64,000 nt of DNA. Source: an uncultured cyanobacterium (GTDB taxonomy: Bacteria > Cyanobacteriota > Cyanobacteriia > PCC-6307 > Cyanobiaceae). The DNA lies in assembly GCA_963697335.1 (NCBI GenBank), contig CAVONQ010000002.1:249704-313703 (forward strand), written 5' to 3'. Of this stretch, positions 19,799 through 29,306 are shown piece after piece (the first letter of the stretch is position 1; the number at the start of each line of letters is the position of its first letter). Below the pieces are notes generated by a model that saw nothing but the letters and a program-made list of their open reading frames with translations, was not told where the DNA came from and did not search any database. Both the position numbers and the translations under genes were made by a program.

Positions 19799-20551
19799 AT
19801 GGCTCTGCCCCTCCTGGATGTCAAGCCCACGGCTGTGAACGCCCGGGTCGCCAATTTCATGCCGGCCACCGAGGAGTCGCCGCTGAAGGCCCCCTTCGCC
19901 CTGACACCGCTCCAGGATGCCGCCAGCGTGGATCTGCAGATCGACCAGGCCTACCGCCAGATCTTCTTCCATGCCTTCCGCAGCGACCGCGATCCGGTGC
20001 TGGAGTCGCAACTGCGCTCCGGCCAGATCCGCATGCGCGACTTCATCCGGGGCCTGCTGCTCTCCGAGAAGTTCCGCCGGGATTTCTACCGCTGCAACAG
20101 CAACTACCAGATCGTGGAGCAGGTGGTGGGCCGGGTGCTGGGCCGGCCGGTGTACGGCGATCAGGAGCGGATTGCCTGGTCAATCCTGATCGCCGAGCAG
20201 GGTCTGCCCACGTTTGTGGATGCCCTGCTCGACTCCGAGGAGTACCTGTGCCAGTTCGGTGACGATCAGGTGCCGTTCCAGCGCTCCCGCACCCTGGCCG
20301 GCAAGGCGGTGGGCCAGGTCCCCTTCAACCAGCAGGCCCCCCGTTACGGGGCCTACTGGCGCGACACCAATGCCCGCCGCCTGCCCTCCGCTGGCTCCAG
20401 CCCCTGGCAGCCCGGTGTGCCCAGGCCCGCCTGGCTGCGCGACCAGCCCAGCCCCCTGGCCCGCAAGATCTGGAGCGGCACGATCCTCTTTGGTGCCGGC
20501 TTCCTCAGTGTGGTCGGGCTGATCACCGTGGTCGCCATGCTGAGCACCTGA
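19799..20551 (+). CDS. cpcL: Phycobilisome linker CpcG family with hydrophobic C-tail (CpcL/CpcG2 type)
   Basis: MALPLL, AYRQIF, LESQLR.G.I..RDFIRGL, SEEY..FG...VPFQR; hydrophobic C-terminal segment. Confidence 0.8.
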   Translation: MALPLLDVKPTAVNARVANFMPATEESPLKAPFALTPLQDAASVDLQIDQAYRQIFFHAFRSDRDPVLESQLRSGQIRMRDFIRGLLLSEKFRRDFYRCNSNYQIVEQVVGRVLGRPVYGDQERIAWSILIAEQGLPTFVDALLDSEEYLCQFGDDQVPFQRSRTLAGKAVGQVPFNQQAPRYGAYWRDTNARRLPSAGSSPWQPGVPRPAWLRDQPSPLARKIWSGTILFGAGFLSVVGLITVVAMLST

Positions 20552-20555
20552 GCCC

Positions 20556-21239
20556 TCAGGGGCTGGGTGGGGCTGGCTTCTCGCTGTCCTGAAGGGAGGG
20601 AAAACTCTCACGGATGGCAGTGGCCAGCTCCTGGCGGATGCTGGAGCGGAAGCCTGGGGCGGCCTCGGCCGTCAGCACCGGATAGGTCTGGTCGCTGTTC
20701 GCCTCGCCCCGCAGGGGCTTCCAGCTGGTGCTCTCCCGTTGCTTCAGTTCCGCCACAGGGGCCTGGAAGTCAAAGGTGAGGCTGCGGACGCCCTGGCCCA
20801 GGGCTGCGATCCAGGCCTCCCGCCGCTCCTGCAGGCCTCGGGCCTTGAGGGTGTCGGGCAGGCCCAGCACGGGCTGGTAGTGATCCAGCACGGCCAGCTC
20901 CTCCTCCAGCAGCACGCGCCAGGCGCCGATCTCCCCTTCCGCCAGCTGCTGCCCGGCTTCGCTGGCCGCCATGGCATCGCGGTGCAGGGCCAGCCAGCGG
21001 TAGTGGGACTTCTCCTGAAGCGTCTTCTTCTGGGCCGACTTCCCTTTCTGGCGTTTGGGCAGCAAGGCCTCGGCCTTGCGCAGGAAGGCCCGATCCTCCG
21101 GCTCGAGGTTGATCGCTCCCCAGCGCTGGCGGTACTCCCAGAGTTCCTCATAGCGGCGCAGGTCCTCAGCGGGCCAGCCCAGGGCCTGCAGTTCCTCGGT
21201 CCTGCTGCTCTCGTCCTTCACCACCACCAGCTCACGCAA
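20556..21239 (-). CDS. Hypothetical protein
   Basis: 227-aa ORF with natural composition filling the gap between genes. Confidence 0.7.
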   Translation of the reverse strand: MRELVVVKDESSRTEELQALGWPAEDLRRYEELWEYRQRWGAINLEPEDRAFLRKAEALLPKRQKGKSAQKKTLQEKSHYRWLALHRDAMAASEAGQQLAEGEIGAWRVLLEEELAVLDHYQPVLGLPDTLKARGLQERREAWIAALGQGVRSLTFDFQAPVAELKQRESTSWKPLRGEANSDQTYPVLTAEAAPGFRSSIRQELATAIRESFPSLQDSEKPAPPSP

Positions 21240-21260
21240 GGTTGCTGGGCAGCGTAAGGG

Positions 21261-21902
21261 TCAGCCCAGGGCCTGGCGCAGGGCCACCACGGCGAACAGC
21301 AGGAACAGGCCGCCCCCCAGGCGGTAGAGCAGGCGCTCATCCACCCTGTCGCCGATCCAGCGGCCGGACCCCACCGCCAGGGCCGTGACCAGGGCGTGGC
21401 CCAGCAGGGTGCCGGCCAGCAGCCCGATGAAGGTGAAGCCCGGGGCGGTGGCCAGCACGATCGTGGCCAGCTGGGTGCGATCGCCCAGCTCGGCGATGAA
21501 CACCAGGGCGAAGGCCTCCCAGATCACGGCCAGGGGTCGGCTGCTGAGCAGTTGTCGATCGGCGGCGATCACGGCCTGCTCCGCTTCCTGGGCCTCGCCC
21601 CGGGCCGCATCGGCCGGCAGCGTCTGGGCCTCCAGCAACAGCCGGATGCCGAACACCAGGAAGAGGCCGCCCGCCAGCCAGGGCAGCAGACGCACCGGCA
21701 GCAGCTCCCGCAGGCCGTAACCCACCCCCAGGGAGAGCAGGGTGACCACCGCCAGGGCCGCGAAACTGCCCAGGAACACCCAGCGACGCGGGTGCCGCAC
21801 CGCCAGGATCAGGGCCATGAAGAAGGTCTTGTCGCCGAGCTCCGCCACGGTGATGGCGCTCAGGCCGGAGCCGAAGGCAGCCAGGCCCGGATCCATGCTC
21901 AC
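21261..21902 (-). CDS. TMEM165/GDT1 (UPF0016) Mn/Ca transporter
   Basis: Duplicated motifs ELGDKT and ELGDRT. Confidence 0.92.
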   Translation of the reverse strand: MSMDPGLAAFGSGLSAITVAELGDKTFFMALILAVRHPRRWVFLGSFAALAVVTLLSLGVGYGLRELLPVRLLPWLAGGLFLVFGIRLLLEAQTLPADAARGEAQEAEQAVIAADRQLLSSRPLAVIWEAFALVFIAELGDRTQLATIVLATAPGFTFIGLLAGTLLGHALVTALAVGSGRWIGDRVDERLLYRLGGGLFLLFAVVALRQALG

Positions 21903-21978
21903 CGCCCCAACCCCCAGTGTGCCCCTTTAATACCACCAAAGCGGCGGCTGCCACCGCTCGACGGCCCCGGTCCGCCGG

Positions 21979-22425
21979 TCAGCGCACCACCAGCACCGGA
22001 CAGGGGCTCTGGGTCAGCACCCGCTGGGTCTCGCTGCCGAGCAGCAGCCCCTGGAGCCCGCGCCGGCCGTGGGAGGCCATCACGATCAGGTCGCAGGCCT
22101 CGCTGCGGGCCTCCTCCAGGATCGCCATCGCGGGCTGGGCACTGATCCGCTTCACCACCTCAGCGGCCACGCCGGCCTGCTGCGCCGTGGCGGCGGCGGC
22201 GGCCAGGATCTGCTCGGATTGCTGCTGGGCCGCCTGCATCAGCGCCTCGATGGCGCTGGTGTCCACCAGTTGCCCCGCCCCCACCAGGGATACCGGCAAG
22301 GTGCCCTGCACGGTGAGGATGCGCAGGCGAGCCCCGAGGGCGCCGGCCAGGGCGAGGGCCTGCTCCAGGGCCCGCTGCGACAGGGCCGAACCATCGGTGG
22401 CGACAAGCAGGTGCTGAAAGGTCAT
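21979..22425 (-). CDS. Universal stress protein
   Basis: LLVATDGS, DLIVMASHGRRG..LLGS, PVLVVR. Confidence 0.93.
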   Translation of the reverse strand: MTFQHLLVATDGSALSQRALEQALALAGALGARLRILTVQGTLPVSLVGAGQLVDTSAIEALMQAAQQQSEQILAAAAATAQQAGVAAEVVKRISAQPAMAILEEARSEACDLIVMASHGRRGLQGLLLGSETQRVLTQSPCPVLVVR

Positions 22426-22492
22426 GGCGGAGCCCGGGGCCTCTTCCAGGTTTAGCCCCGCCGCCACCGTGGCGCCCGGGCTGGGCGCCGCC

Positions 22493-24580
22493 TCAGTGCA
22501 GCGGATCGCTGATCACCAGCACGGAGATGGGCAGGCGGCGCATCAGCCGCCCCATGCGGTCGCCGGCGGGAATCGGCAGTCCGGCCACCAGGCGCCGTTG
22601 GGAGCGCAGGATCACCAGGTCGTGGCGGCGGGCCGCCGCCACGATGCAGGCGTCGATGCTCTGGTCGGACCGGATCTCCACCGTGATCGGCACGGCGGCG
22701 GCCTGCGCCTCGGTGCCGGGCTGCCAGCGGGCCAGTTGGGCCTCCACCGCAGCCCGCTGCTGGCTGCTCTGTCCGAGGTCGGGCACGTGCAGCAGGGTGA
22801 TGCTGCCGTCCAGGGCGGCGGCCAGCCGCTCGGCCAGCTGAAACTGCTCCAGGGCACCGGCGGTCACGTCCTTGATGGGCACCAGGAGCCGCTTCAGGCT
22901 GGCGGGATCCCGGCGCAGGCCGGCCACCACCACAGGGCAGCTCACCTGGCGGCAGGTGGCCTCCACCAGATCGCCGAACAGCCACTGGCCGAGCCTCCCC
23001 GGGCGAGCCAGGCCCATCAGGACCAGGTCACTGGCCTGCTCCATCGCCACCCGGGCAATGCCGGCCGCCACATCACTGTCCACCCGCAGCAGGGGCTGGC
23101 AGGGCACCTGATCGGCTCTGGCGATGCCGCTGGCGGTGTGGAGCAGCTCGCGGGCCCGGCCCAGACTCGCCGCCATCGCCGAGGGGCTGGAGTGCCCGGC
23201 TTCCGCCTGCCGCGGCGACACCACCGCCAGGGGCAGCACCAGGCCCGGATCCTGTGAGGAGCCACCGATCAGCAGCCCGGCCAGGGCGAACAGCCGGGCC
23301 TCACTGTTCGGATTCGACACCGGCAGGAGCACCCGCAGGGAACGCCTCACCAGGGCCAGGCGGCCGGTCGCCTCGGCCGTGAGGGAGGCGGCCGCCGCCT
23401 GGGCCAGCCTGGGGATCGCCTGGGCGGTGAGGGCGGGGCCGAGGGTGGCGGTCACCACCATCATCGCCAGCACGCTGTTGAGCACTGCGGCATCAAACAG
23501 GCCGGCCCGAAATCCCACGAAGGTGGCCGCCAGGGTGGCCGCCACCTGGGGCAGGGACAGCGACCACAGGGTGAGCACCTGGGTGCGGTTGTAGCGGTAG
23601 ATCCAGCCGGCCCAGAGGGCGGCCAGCCCCTTGGTGGTGATCAGCGTGGCGATCAGGGCGATGGCGAAGGGGCTGCCCAGGATCGTTCTGAAGAAGGTGG
23701 GCAGGTCGAGCAGCAGCCCCAGGTCGATGAAGAAGATCGGGATGAACAGGGCCGCCCCCACGAACACCACCTGCTCCTTCACCCTCCCTTCCGGCAGCAC
23801 GCGGTTGACCGCCAGGCCCGCCAGGAAGGCGCCCACGATCTTCTCCACCCCTGCCAGTTCGGCCCCCAGACCCGCCACAAACAGGGTCAGCAGCACGGCC
23901 ACAAACAGCTGGCTGTCGTTGTTGACGCTGCGGCGCACCAGGCCCGTGCCCAGCCGGGTGATCGTGCCCACCAGCAGCAGGGCGAACAGGGCCACCTTGC
24001 CCAGCAGCAGGGCCACTGCCGGCGCTGAGAGTTCGCCGCGGCTCAACCCCATGCAGAGGGCGAGCAGCAGCAGGGCGGCCAGGTCGGTGAAGATCGTGCC
24101 GCCGATGGCCACCACCACCGATTCCTCCCCCACGGCGCCGTAGCTGCGCACGATCGGATAGCCCAGGGGGGTGTGGGAGGCCAGCACCGAGCCCAGCAGC
24201 ACGGCGCTCAGAGGCGTGTAGCCGTAGGCCAGGGCCAGGGCGGCCCCCCCCAGCAGCGGCAGGCTGAAGGTGAGCAGGCCGAACTGGAAGGAGCGCTGGC
24301 GGATGCGGGCGAATTCGGCCAGGTCGATCTCCAGCCCTGCGATGAACAGCAGGTAGATCACGCCGATGTCGGAGAGCAGGCCCACGGTGGGGCCCTCGGT
24401 CTGCAGCCACCCCAGGCCATAGGGGCCGATCAGCACCCCGGCAGCCAACAGGCCCACCAGATCGGGCAGCCGCAGCCAGCGGGCCAGGGGGGGCACCAGC
24501 ACGCTCAGGCTGAGCAGCAGGGCGAACACGGCCAGGGGTGATCCCTGCAGGAAGGCGGCCATGCCGCTGCTGGGGGCCAT
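22493..24580 (-). CDS. CPA2 cation:proton antiporter with C-terminal USP-like domains (NhaS5-like)
   Basis: LFIAGLEID, ASHT, GTIFTD, IVGAFLAG, QVAATLAA; soluble C-terminus. Confidence 0.9.
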   Translation of the reverse strand: MAPSSGMAAFLQGSPLAVFALLLSLSVLVPPLARWLRLPDLVGLLAAGVLIGPYGLGWLQTEGPTVGLLSDIGVIYLLFIAGLEIDLAEFARIRQRSFQFGLLTFSLPLLGGAALALAYGYTPLSAVLLGSVLASHTPLGYPIVRSYGAVGEESVVVAIGGTIFTDLAALLLLALCMGLSRGELSAPAVALLLGKVALFALLLVGTITRLGTGLVRRSVNNDSQLFVAVLLTLFVAGLGAELAGVEKIVGAFLAGLAVNRVLPEGRVKEQVVFVGAALFIPIFFIDLGLLLDLPTFFRTILGSPFAIALIATLITTKGLAALWAGWIYRYNRTQVLTLWSLSLPQVAATLAATFVGFRAGLFDAAVLNSVLAMMVVTATLGPALTAQAIPRLAQAAAASLTAEATGRLALVRRSLRVLLPVSNPNSEARLFALAGLLIGGSSQDPGLVLPLAVVSPRQAEAGHSSPSAMAASLGRARELLHTASGIARADQVPCQPLLRVDSDVAAGIARVAMEQASDLVLMGLARPGRLGQWLFGDLVEATCRQVSCPVVVAGLRRDPASLKRLLVPIKDVTAGALEQFQLAERLAAALDGSITLLHVPDLGQSSQQRAAVEAQLARWQPGTEAQAAAVPITVEIRSDQSIDACIVAAARRHDLVILRSQRRLVAGLPIPAGDRMGRLMRRLPISVLVISDPLH

Positions 24581-24583
24581 GGC

Positions 24584-25255
24584 TCAGGAGCTCCGGCGTC
24601 GCAGGGCGCCCTTCCAGCCGGCCAGGTGGCTGGCGGCGGCGGAACGGGCCAGGGTGCGGGCGGCGGGCAGGGCCGGCTGCAGCTGCCCGGAGCTGAAGGG
24701 GGGCAGGGAGCGGCTGCGCAGCCAGGCGCCCCAGCGGAACTCGTGGAAGGGGATCAGGGGCGCCGGCTCGATCACCCCCTCCTTCTTCAGGCGCCACACC
24801 AGGCTGCGGAAGGGGTCGTCCTGCAGGCCCAGCAGCTGGTCCGGCAGCACCGAGGCGGGCAGCGGACCGTGGCCGCGGCCGTCATAGAGGTACAACCAGC
24901 CGAGGCCAAGCAGGTGCTGGAGCACCGCGGCGCGGTCGCCCGTGGGCAGATCCAGCACCACATAGCCGAAGGCGGTGGCGGCTGGATCCAGTTCCAGCAG
25001 GGCCCGCAGACGGTGGTGGCGATCCACCATCCACACCTCCCCGGCGCTGCTGCGGGCCAGGGGCACCGGTTTGGTGCCGAGGTAGCGCTGGCGCTCGCCC
25101 CGGTCTTCGGCCTGGAAGTCGTTCTGACGGCTGCGCACTTCTGCCATGCCCACGCAGAGCTGGGTGGGCCGCAGGCTGGCCACGGGCAGCTCGATCAGGG
25201 GAGTGTCCGGCCGGGGTGGGGGCAGCTGCTGGTAGGGGGGGAGGCGCAGCGCCAT
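24584..25255 (-). CDS. ParB-like (ParBc_2) protein
   Basis: LRPTQLCVG, MVDRHH, LQDDPFRSL, PFHEFRW. Confidence 0.8.
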   Translation of the reverse strand: MALRLPPYQQLPPPRPDTPLIELPVASLRPTQLCVGMAEVRSRQNDFQAEDRGERQRYLGTKPVPLARSSAGEVWMVDRHHRLRALLELDPAATAFGYVVLDLPTGDRAAVLQHLLGLGWLYLYDGRGHGPLPASVLPDQLLGLQDDPFRSLVWRLKKEGVIEPAPLIPFHEFRWGAWLRSRSLPPFSSGQLQPALPAARTLARSAAASHLAGWKGALRRRSS

Positions 25256-25318
25256 CGGCGAGGACGGACCGGATCGGTGCCATCCTCGCCCGGAACGCCC
25301 TGGAGCGCCCAAAAGGGC

Positions 25319-25522
25319 TCAGCCCTGGCTCAGCAGGGTGCCGAGGCCGATCTGGTGCAGGATGCCCTGGCCGGTGATGGCCTCGGTGAGCACGCCGATC
25401 ACAAAGCCGAGCATGGCGGCGCGGCCGTTGAAGCGCTCGGCCCGCTGGAGCTGCTCGGAGTGGATCTGGGCGGCGGCGGCGTTCTGGAACCAGCGATCGT
25501 CGGCCTGGGAGGAGGAGGTCAT
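25319..25522 (-). CDS. hli: High-light-inducible protein (Hlip)
   Basis: AERFNGRAAMLGF. Confidence 0.9.
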   Translation of the reverse strand: MTSSSQADDRWFQNAAAAQIHSEQLQRAERFNGRAAMLGFVIGVLTEAITGQGILHQIGLGTLLSQG

Positions 25523-25678
25523 GGCGGCGGAAGTAACGATGTCATCATGTTACGAAAGACTGCGAAATCTTGACGGTTGGGATGTTTTGGTTCCCTGATC
25601 TTTGATCTAAGGGTTTCTGATCGGAGTGGCTGGGGCTCGGCGGGGGCGGCGATAGGGTCGTCGCAGGCTTCCGCTGCC

Positions 25679-26785
25679 ATGAGTTCACCGGCTTCCGCTT
25701 CGTTTCTGGCCGATGCCGCCCTGACGGCCGGCGCCGGTTCCCTCGGGGTGCTGGTGTGTGGCCACGGCAGCCGCAACCGCCTGGCGGTGGCCGAGTTTGC
25801 CGCCCTGGCTGAGCAGCTGCAGCAGCGGCTGAGGCCGGTGCCCCTGGAGTACGGCTACCTGGAGTTCGCCAGGCCGATCCTGCGCGACGGTCTGGAGGCC
25901 TTGCGCCGTCGCGGTGCGGAGCACATCCTGGCGGTGCCGGCGATGCTGTTTGCGGCGGGCCATGCCAAGAACGACATCCCTTCGGTGCTCAACACCTACG
26001 CCGCCGAGACTGGACTGCGCATTGATTACGGCCGGGAGCTCGGGGTGGATCGCCGCATGATCCAGGCCGCCGGGGCCCGGATCCGGGAGGCCCTCGCCAG
26101 CGCCCCCAGCCCCGTGCCCCTGCAGGACACCCTGCTGGTGGTGGTGGGGCGCGGGTCGTCCGACCCCGACGCCAACTCCAACGTGGCCAAGGTCACCCGC
26201 ATGCTGGTGGAGGGCTTTGGCTTCGGCTGGGGCGAAACGGTGTACTCAGGCGTCACCTTTCCCTTGGTGGAGCCAGGCCTGCGCCAGGCGGTGCGTCTGG
26301 GCTACCGCCGGGTGGTGGTGTTTCCCTACTTCCTGTTTTCGGGCGTGTTGGTGAGCCGGATCGTGCAGCACACCGAGCGCGTGGCGGCCGATCATCCCGA
26401 TGTGGAGTTCATTCAGGCCGCCTATTTAGGCGACCATCCCCATGTGCTCGACACCTTCGAAGAGCGGGTGATGGATGTGGTGCGGGGCGACACCGCCATG
26501 AACTGCTCCCTCTGCAAATACCGGGCCCAGGTGCTCGGCTTTGAAACAGATGTGGGGGCGCCGCAGCACAGCCACCACCACCACGTGGAAGGGCTCACGG
26601 ATGGCTGTGACCTGTGCGAGCGCGAATGCACGGGAGCCTGCCAGCCCGATGGGGTTCCCATCCCGTTGGGGGCCGCGGCCACAGACCACGGCCATGCCCA
26701 TGGGCACCACCACCACCCCGCCTACCCCCACGCCGACCACCCCCTGGGCCCCCGCACCCTGCGCTCCGGTGGCGCGACGGGGTAG
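25679..26785 (+). CDS. cbiX: Sirohydrochlorin cobaltochelatase CbiX
   Basis: GHGSR, AGHAKNDIP, MNCSLC, His-rich tail. Confidence 0.92.
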   Translation: MSSPASASFLADAALTAGAGSLGVLVCGHGSRNRLAVAEFAALAEQLQQRLRPVPLEYGYLEFARPILRDGLEALRRRGAEHILAVPAMLFAAGHAKNDIPSVLNTYAAETGLRIDYGRELGVDRRMIQAAGARIREALASAPSPVPLQDTLLVVVGRGSSDPDANSNVAKVTRMLVEGFGFGWGETVYSGVTFPLVEPGLRQAVRLGYRRVVVFPYFLFSGVLVSRIVQHTERVAADHPDVEFIQAAYLGDHPHVLDTFEERVMDVVRGDTAMNCSLCKYRAQVLGFETDVGAPQHSHHHHVEGLTDGCDLCERECTGACQPDGVPIPLGAAATDHGHAHGHHHHPAYPHADHPLGPRTLRSGGATG

Positions 26786-26840
26786 TCGGCCGCACCTGGC
26801 GCAGTTGTCTCGCGTGGGGGGGTCGGTGCTCCCGGCCCCC

Positions 26841-26918
26841 CAGATCAGCAAGGCTGATCATCGAAGGCTTTCCCCATGTTTCGGGGCTTTTCCCCAGATC
26901 CGGAGGGGGTTTTCCCCA
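26841..26918 (+). promoter_or_regulatory. Triple (C/T)TTTCCCCA box element upstream of DUF2811 paralog 2
   Basis: Boxes at 26868, 26888 and 26910; homologous to 10040-10116. Confidence 0.6.
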
Positions 26919-27156
26919 GAACGGTGCCGCCGATGACCGTTGCGGCGTGGGGGCTGGGGATTTCTGCGATCTGTTCAGCTTCGTCTTGACAGCGTGGCGC
27001 TGGGTCGGTCCCGGCTCGGCAGCCGCTGGTTCAGCTCACCAGGATCTGCTGCGCGGCAGGAAGTCTCAGCCTGCAATGCCCTGCCGAGGCCAGGGCGCTC
27101 CGGCTTTGACGGCGGCTCGCGGATGTGGCGTACTGGGCCCCACTGCCGCAGCGCCG

Positions 27157-27411
27157 ATGCCGATGGACTGCACCCCTTCCCCTGCCGGAGAGCCTGAGGC
27201 TGGTGATGGCGCCAGGGGAGAGTCCGCGGCGGTTCTGGAGAGCGAGGTGGCAGATGTGGTGTTCAGCGCGCTGCAGCGCTTTCTTGCTACTCACCCAGGC
27301 TGGAATCAGCATGGCTTCACGACTTCGGCCCTGGCCACCTTTCTGTTCCAGAACGGTTGCACCGATGCCTGCGTGCAACAGCACTACCTGAATAGTCTTT
27401 TCATGCTCTGA
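27157..27411 (+). CDS. DUF2811 domain protein (paralog 2); start uncertain
   Basis: LQRFLATHPGWNQ...ALATFLFQNGC..HYLNSLF, similar to 9516-9767. Confidence 0.75.
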   Translation: MPMDCTPSPAGEPEAGDGARGESAAVLESEVADVVFSALQRFLATHPGWNQHGFTTSALATFLFQNGCTDACVQQHYLNSLFML

Positions 27412-27483
27412 GGCGCAACGACGAAGCGGACTCTGAACGTCCACTGCCAGCCAGCCGCGCCGGCCGCTGCTGCAATCGCCCAT

Positions 27484-27515
27484 AAAAAAAGAGCGAAGGC
27501 GCCAACCTTCGCTCT
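27484..27515 (-). terminator. Rho-independent terminator
   Basis: Minus strand AGAGCGAAGG-TTGGCG-CCTTCGCTC-T7. Confidence 0.8.
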
Positions 27516-27580
27516 CGTTCTCCCTTGCCCGACCCTGTTAAAGGTCGCTCAGTCATTGTGCGGAGTGGCGCCCTGAACGG
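27484..27580 (-). ncRNA. Candidate structured small RNA / attenuator
   Basis: CGTTC...GAACG closing stem, internal hairpin CGACC-TTTAACAG-GGTCG, then the terminator. Confidence 0.35.
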
Positions 27581-27661
27581 TTGTGCCAACAGACACAGGA
27601 ATCGCCCGGCTGTGCCTGTCTCCTGACGCAGCGGCCCCGGATGGTCCCCCCGGCACTGGGC

Positions 27662-29296
27662 TCAGTCCCCCCGGACCAGCCGCTGGCAGGCGGCCTCGCA
27701 GGCCCGCCAGGTGATCGCCATCGCCGTGAGCGTGGGGCTCTGCCAGCCGGCGCCAGGCCAGCAGGCCCCGTCCACCACCAGCACATTGGGAGCCCGCCAG
27801 CACTGGTTGAAGGGATTCACCACGCCCTCTTCCTCCCTGGCGGCCATGCGGGCGCCGCCCAGCTCATGGATGTAGTAGCCGGGCGGGGCAGCACCCTGGC
27901 CCGCGGCATGGCTGCGGAGGATCCAGGGCTCCAGCAGGGGCAGCACGAACAGGTCTTCGAGCGGGCGGATCGTGCCCCCAGCCGCGGCCACCACCGCCGC
28001 CATCCGCCCCTGCATGTGGGCCACCATGGCGGTTTCATTGGGTCCCCAGCCCATGGAGATGTGCGGTGTGGGCAGCCCCCAGGCATCGCTCTGGTCGCTG
28101 TTCAGGGTGACCCGGTTGTCGGCCCGGGGCAGCACCTCGCCATGGCCGATCAGGAAGCCCACGGCCTCGCCGCGGCGGCGCTGCAGCAGGCTGGGCGGAT
28201 CGAAGCGCTGCACCGCCGCCCAGATGCCGTAGCCGCGCTGGAAGCCCTCCTGGCTTGCCCCGTCAAGGTTCACGGTGTTGGGGATGAAGCAGCTGCCGGC
28301 GCCGGAGAGCTCGGCCGGTTCCGCAGGTTGCTCCAGGTCGGGAATCGAGAAGAAGCGGCTGCTGGACACGTGGTCCATCAGATAGTGCCCCAGGCTGCCG
28401 GAGGGATCGATCAACCCGCCGCTCCTGCAGGCCTCGCCGGAGTGCAGCAGGATCCGCAGGGTCTCGATCGTGGAGGCGCACAGCACCAGCAGCGGAGCCT
28501 GCAGCTCCTGCCGTTCGCCGCTGTGGCTGTCGATCACCACCACGCCCCGGGCCCGCCCCTGGCCCGGCTCCATCACCAGATGGCTCACCAGGGCGCCGCT
28601 GCGCACCGCGGTGCGGCCAGTGGCCAGGGCCCGGGCCAGGGTGCTGCCGGGGCTCGACGAGCGGCTCCAGCCCGGGCCGCGGTGCAGGTTGAAGCCCCGC
28701 GAGTGGATCAGGGGCAGGTCCAGGTCGCGGCCGATCGCCTGGCGCAGGTGCTGTTCGCCCGGGGTGAGGGGCAGGGGATCGAGGAACTGGCCATCGGGGA
28801 GCTGGGGCAGGCCGTCGGCCTGGCCGTGCACCCCGAGCAACCGCTCCAGGCGGTCGTAGTAGGGGGCCAGATCCGGCTCGTCGATCGGCCAGCTCGGACC
28901 ACAGCCATCGCGTTCGCCGGCCTTGAATTCGTGGTGGCTCAGCCGCAGGGTGATGCCACCCCAGGTGAGGCTCTTGCCGCCGAGCTGGCGGCCGCGGGTC
29001 CAGAGGAAGGGGCGCTCAGGCGGGGTGGAATAGGGATTGAGCCGCTCGTCGGCGAACAGTTCGGGGTTGTTCTTCCAGTAACCGGGGTGGTGGGCCTGCA
29101 GGCGCTGACGGCCACTGGCGAGATGGGCAACCCGCCTCAGGCTGTTGAGCGGCTCGGCGCCGCGGGCGCGGGCGGCGCCGAGCTCCGCCCCGGCCTCGAG
29201 CACCAGCACCCGCAGGCCAGCCTCCGCCAGCACCATGGCCGCCACCCCACCGGTGGCGCCGGAACCCACCACGATGGCGTCAGGGCGCTCTGTCAT
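27662..29296 (-). CDS. GMC family oxidoreductase
   Basis: VVGSGATGG FAD motif, GGKSLTWG, HELGGARM, SPTLT. Confidence 0.92.
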   Translation of the reverse strand: MTERPDAIVVGSGATGGVAAMVLAEAGLRVLVLEAGAELGAARARGAEPLNSLRRVAHLASGRQRLQAHHPGYWKNNPELFADERLNPYSTPPERPFLWTRGRQLGGKSLTWGGITLRLSHHEFKAGERDGCGPSWPIDEPDLAPYYDRLERLLGVHGQADGLPQLPDGQFLDPLPLTPGEQHLRQAIGRDLDLPLIHSRGFNLHRGPGWSRSSSPGSTLARALATGRTAVRSGALVSHLVMEPGQGRARGVVVIDSHSGERQELQAPLLVLCASTIETLRILLHSGEACRSGGLIDPSGSLGHYLMDHVSSSRFFSIPDLEQPAEPAELSGAGSCFIPNTVNLDGASQEGFQRGYGIWAAVQRFDPPSLLQRRRGEAVGFLIGHGEVLPRADNRVTLNSDQSDAWGLPTPHISMGWGPNETAMVAHMQGRMAAVVAAAGGTIRPLEDLFVLPLLEPWILRSHAAGQGAAPPGYYIHELGGARMAAREEEGVVNPFNQCWRAPNVLVVDGACWPGAGWQSPTLTAMAITWRACEAACQRLVRGD

Positions 29297-29306
29297 CGGC
29301 GCGAGC

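Noticed and set aside
21903..21978. yybP-ykoY Mn riboswitch upstream of the GDT1 transporter
   Set aside because: Spacer too short; AAAGGGG is not followed by the conserved motif
25533..25553. GTAAC-N11-GTTAC palindrome upstream of the first hli
   Set aside because: Spacing fits neither HLR1 nor NtcA; cannot assign
27516..27580. Glutamine (glnA/Downstream-peptide) riboswitch
   Set aside because: Has the CGTTC...GAACG ends but lacks the GGAAGTA core; kept only as an unclassified RNA candidate
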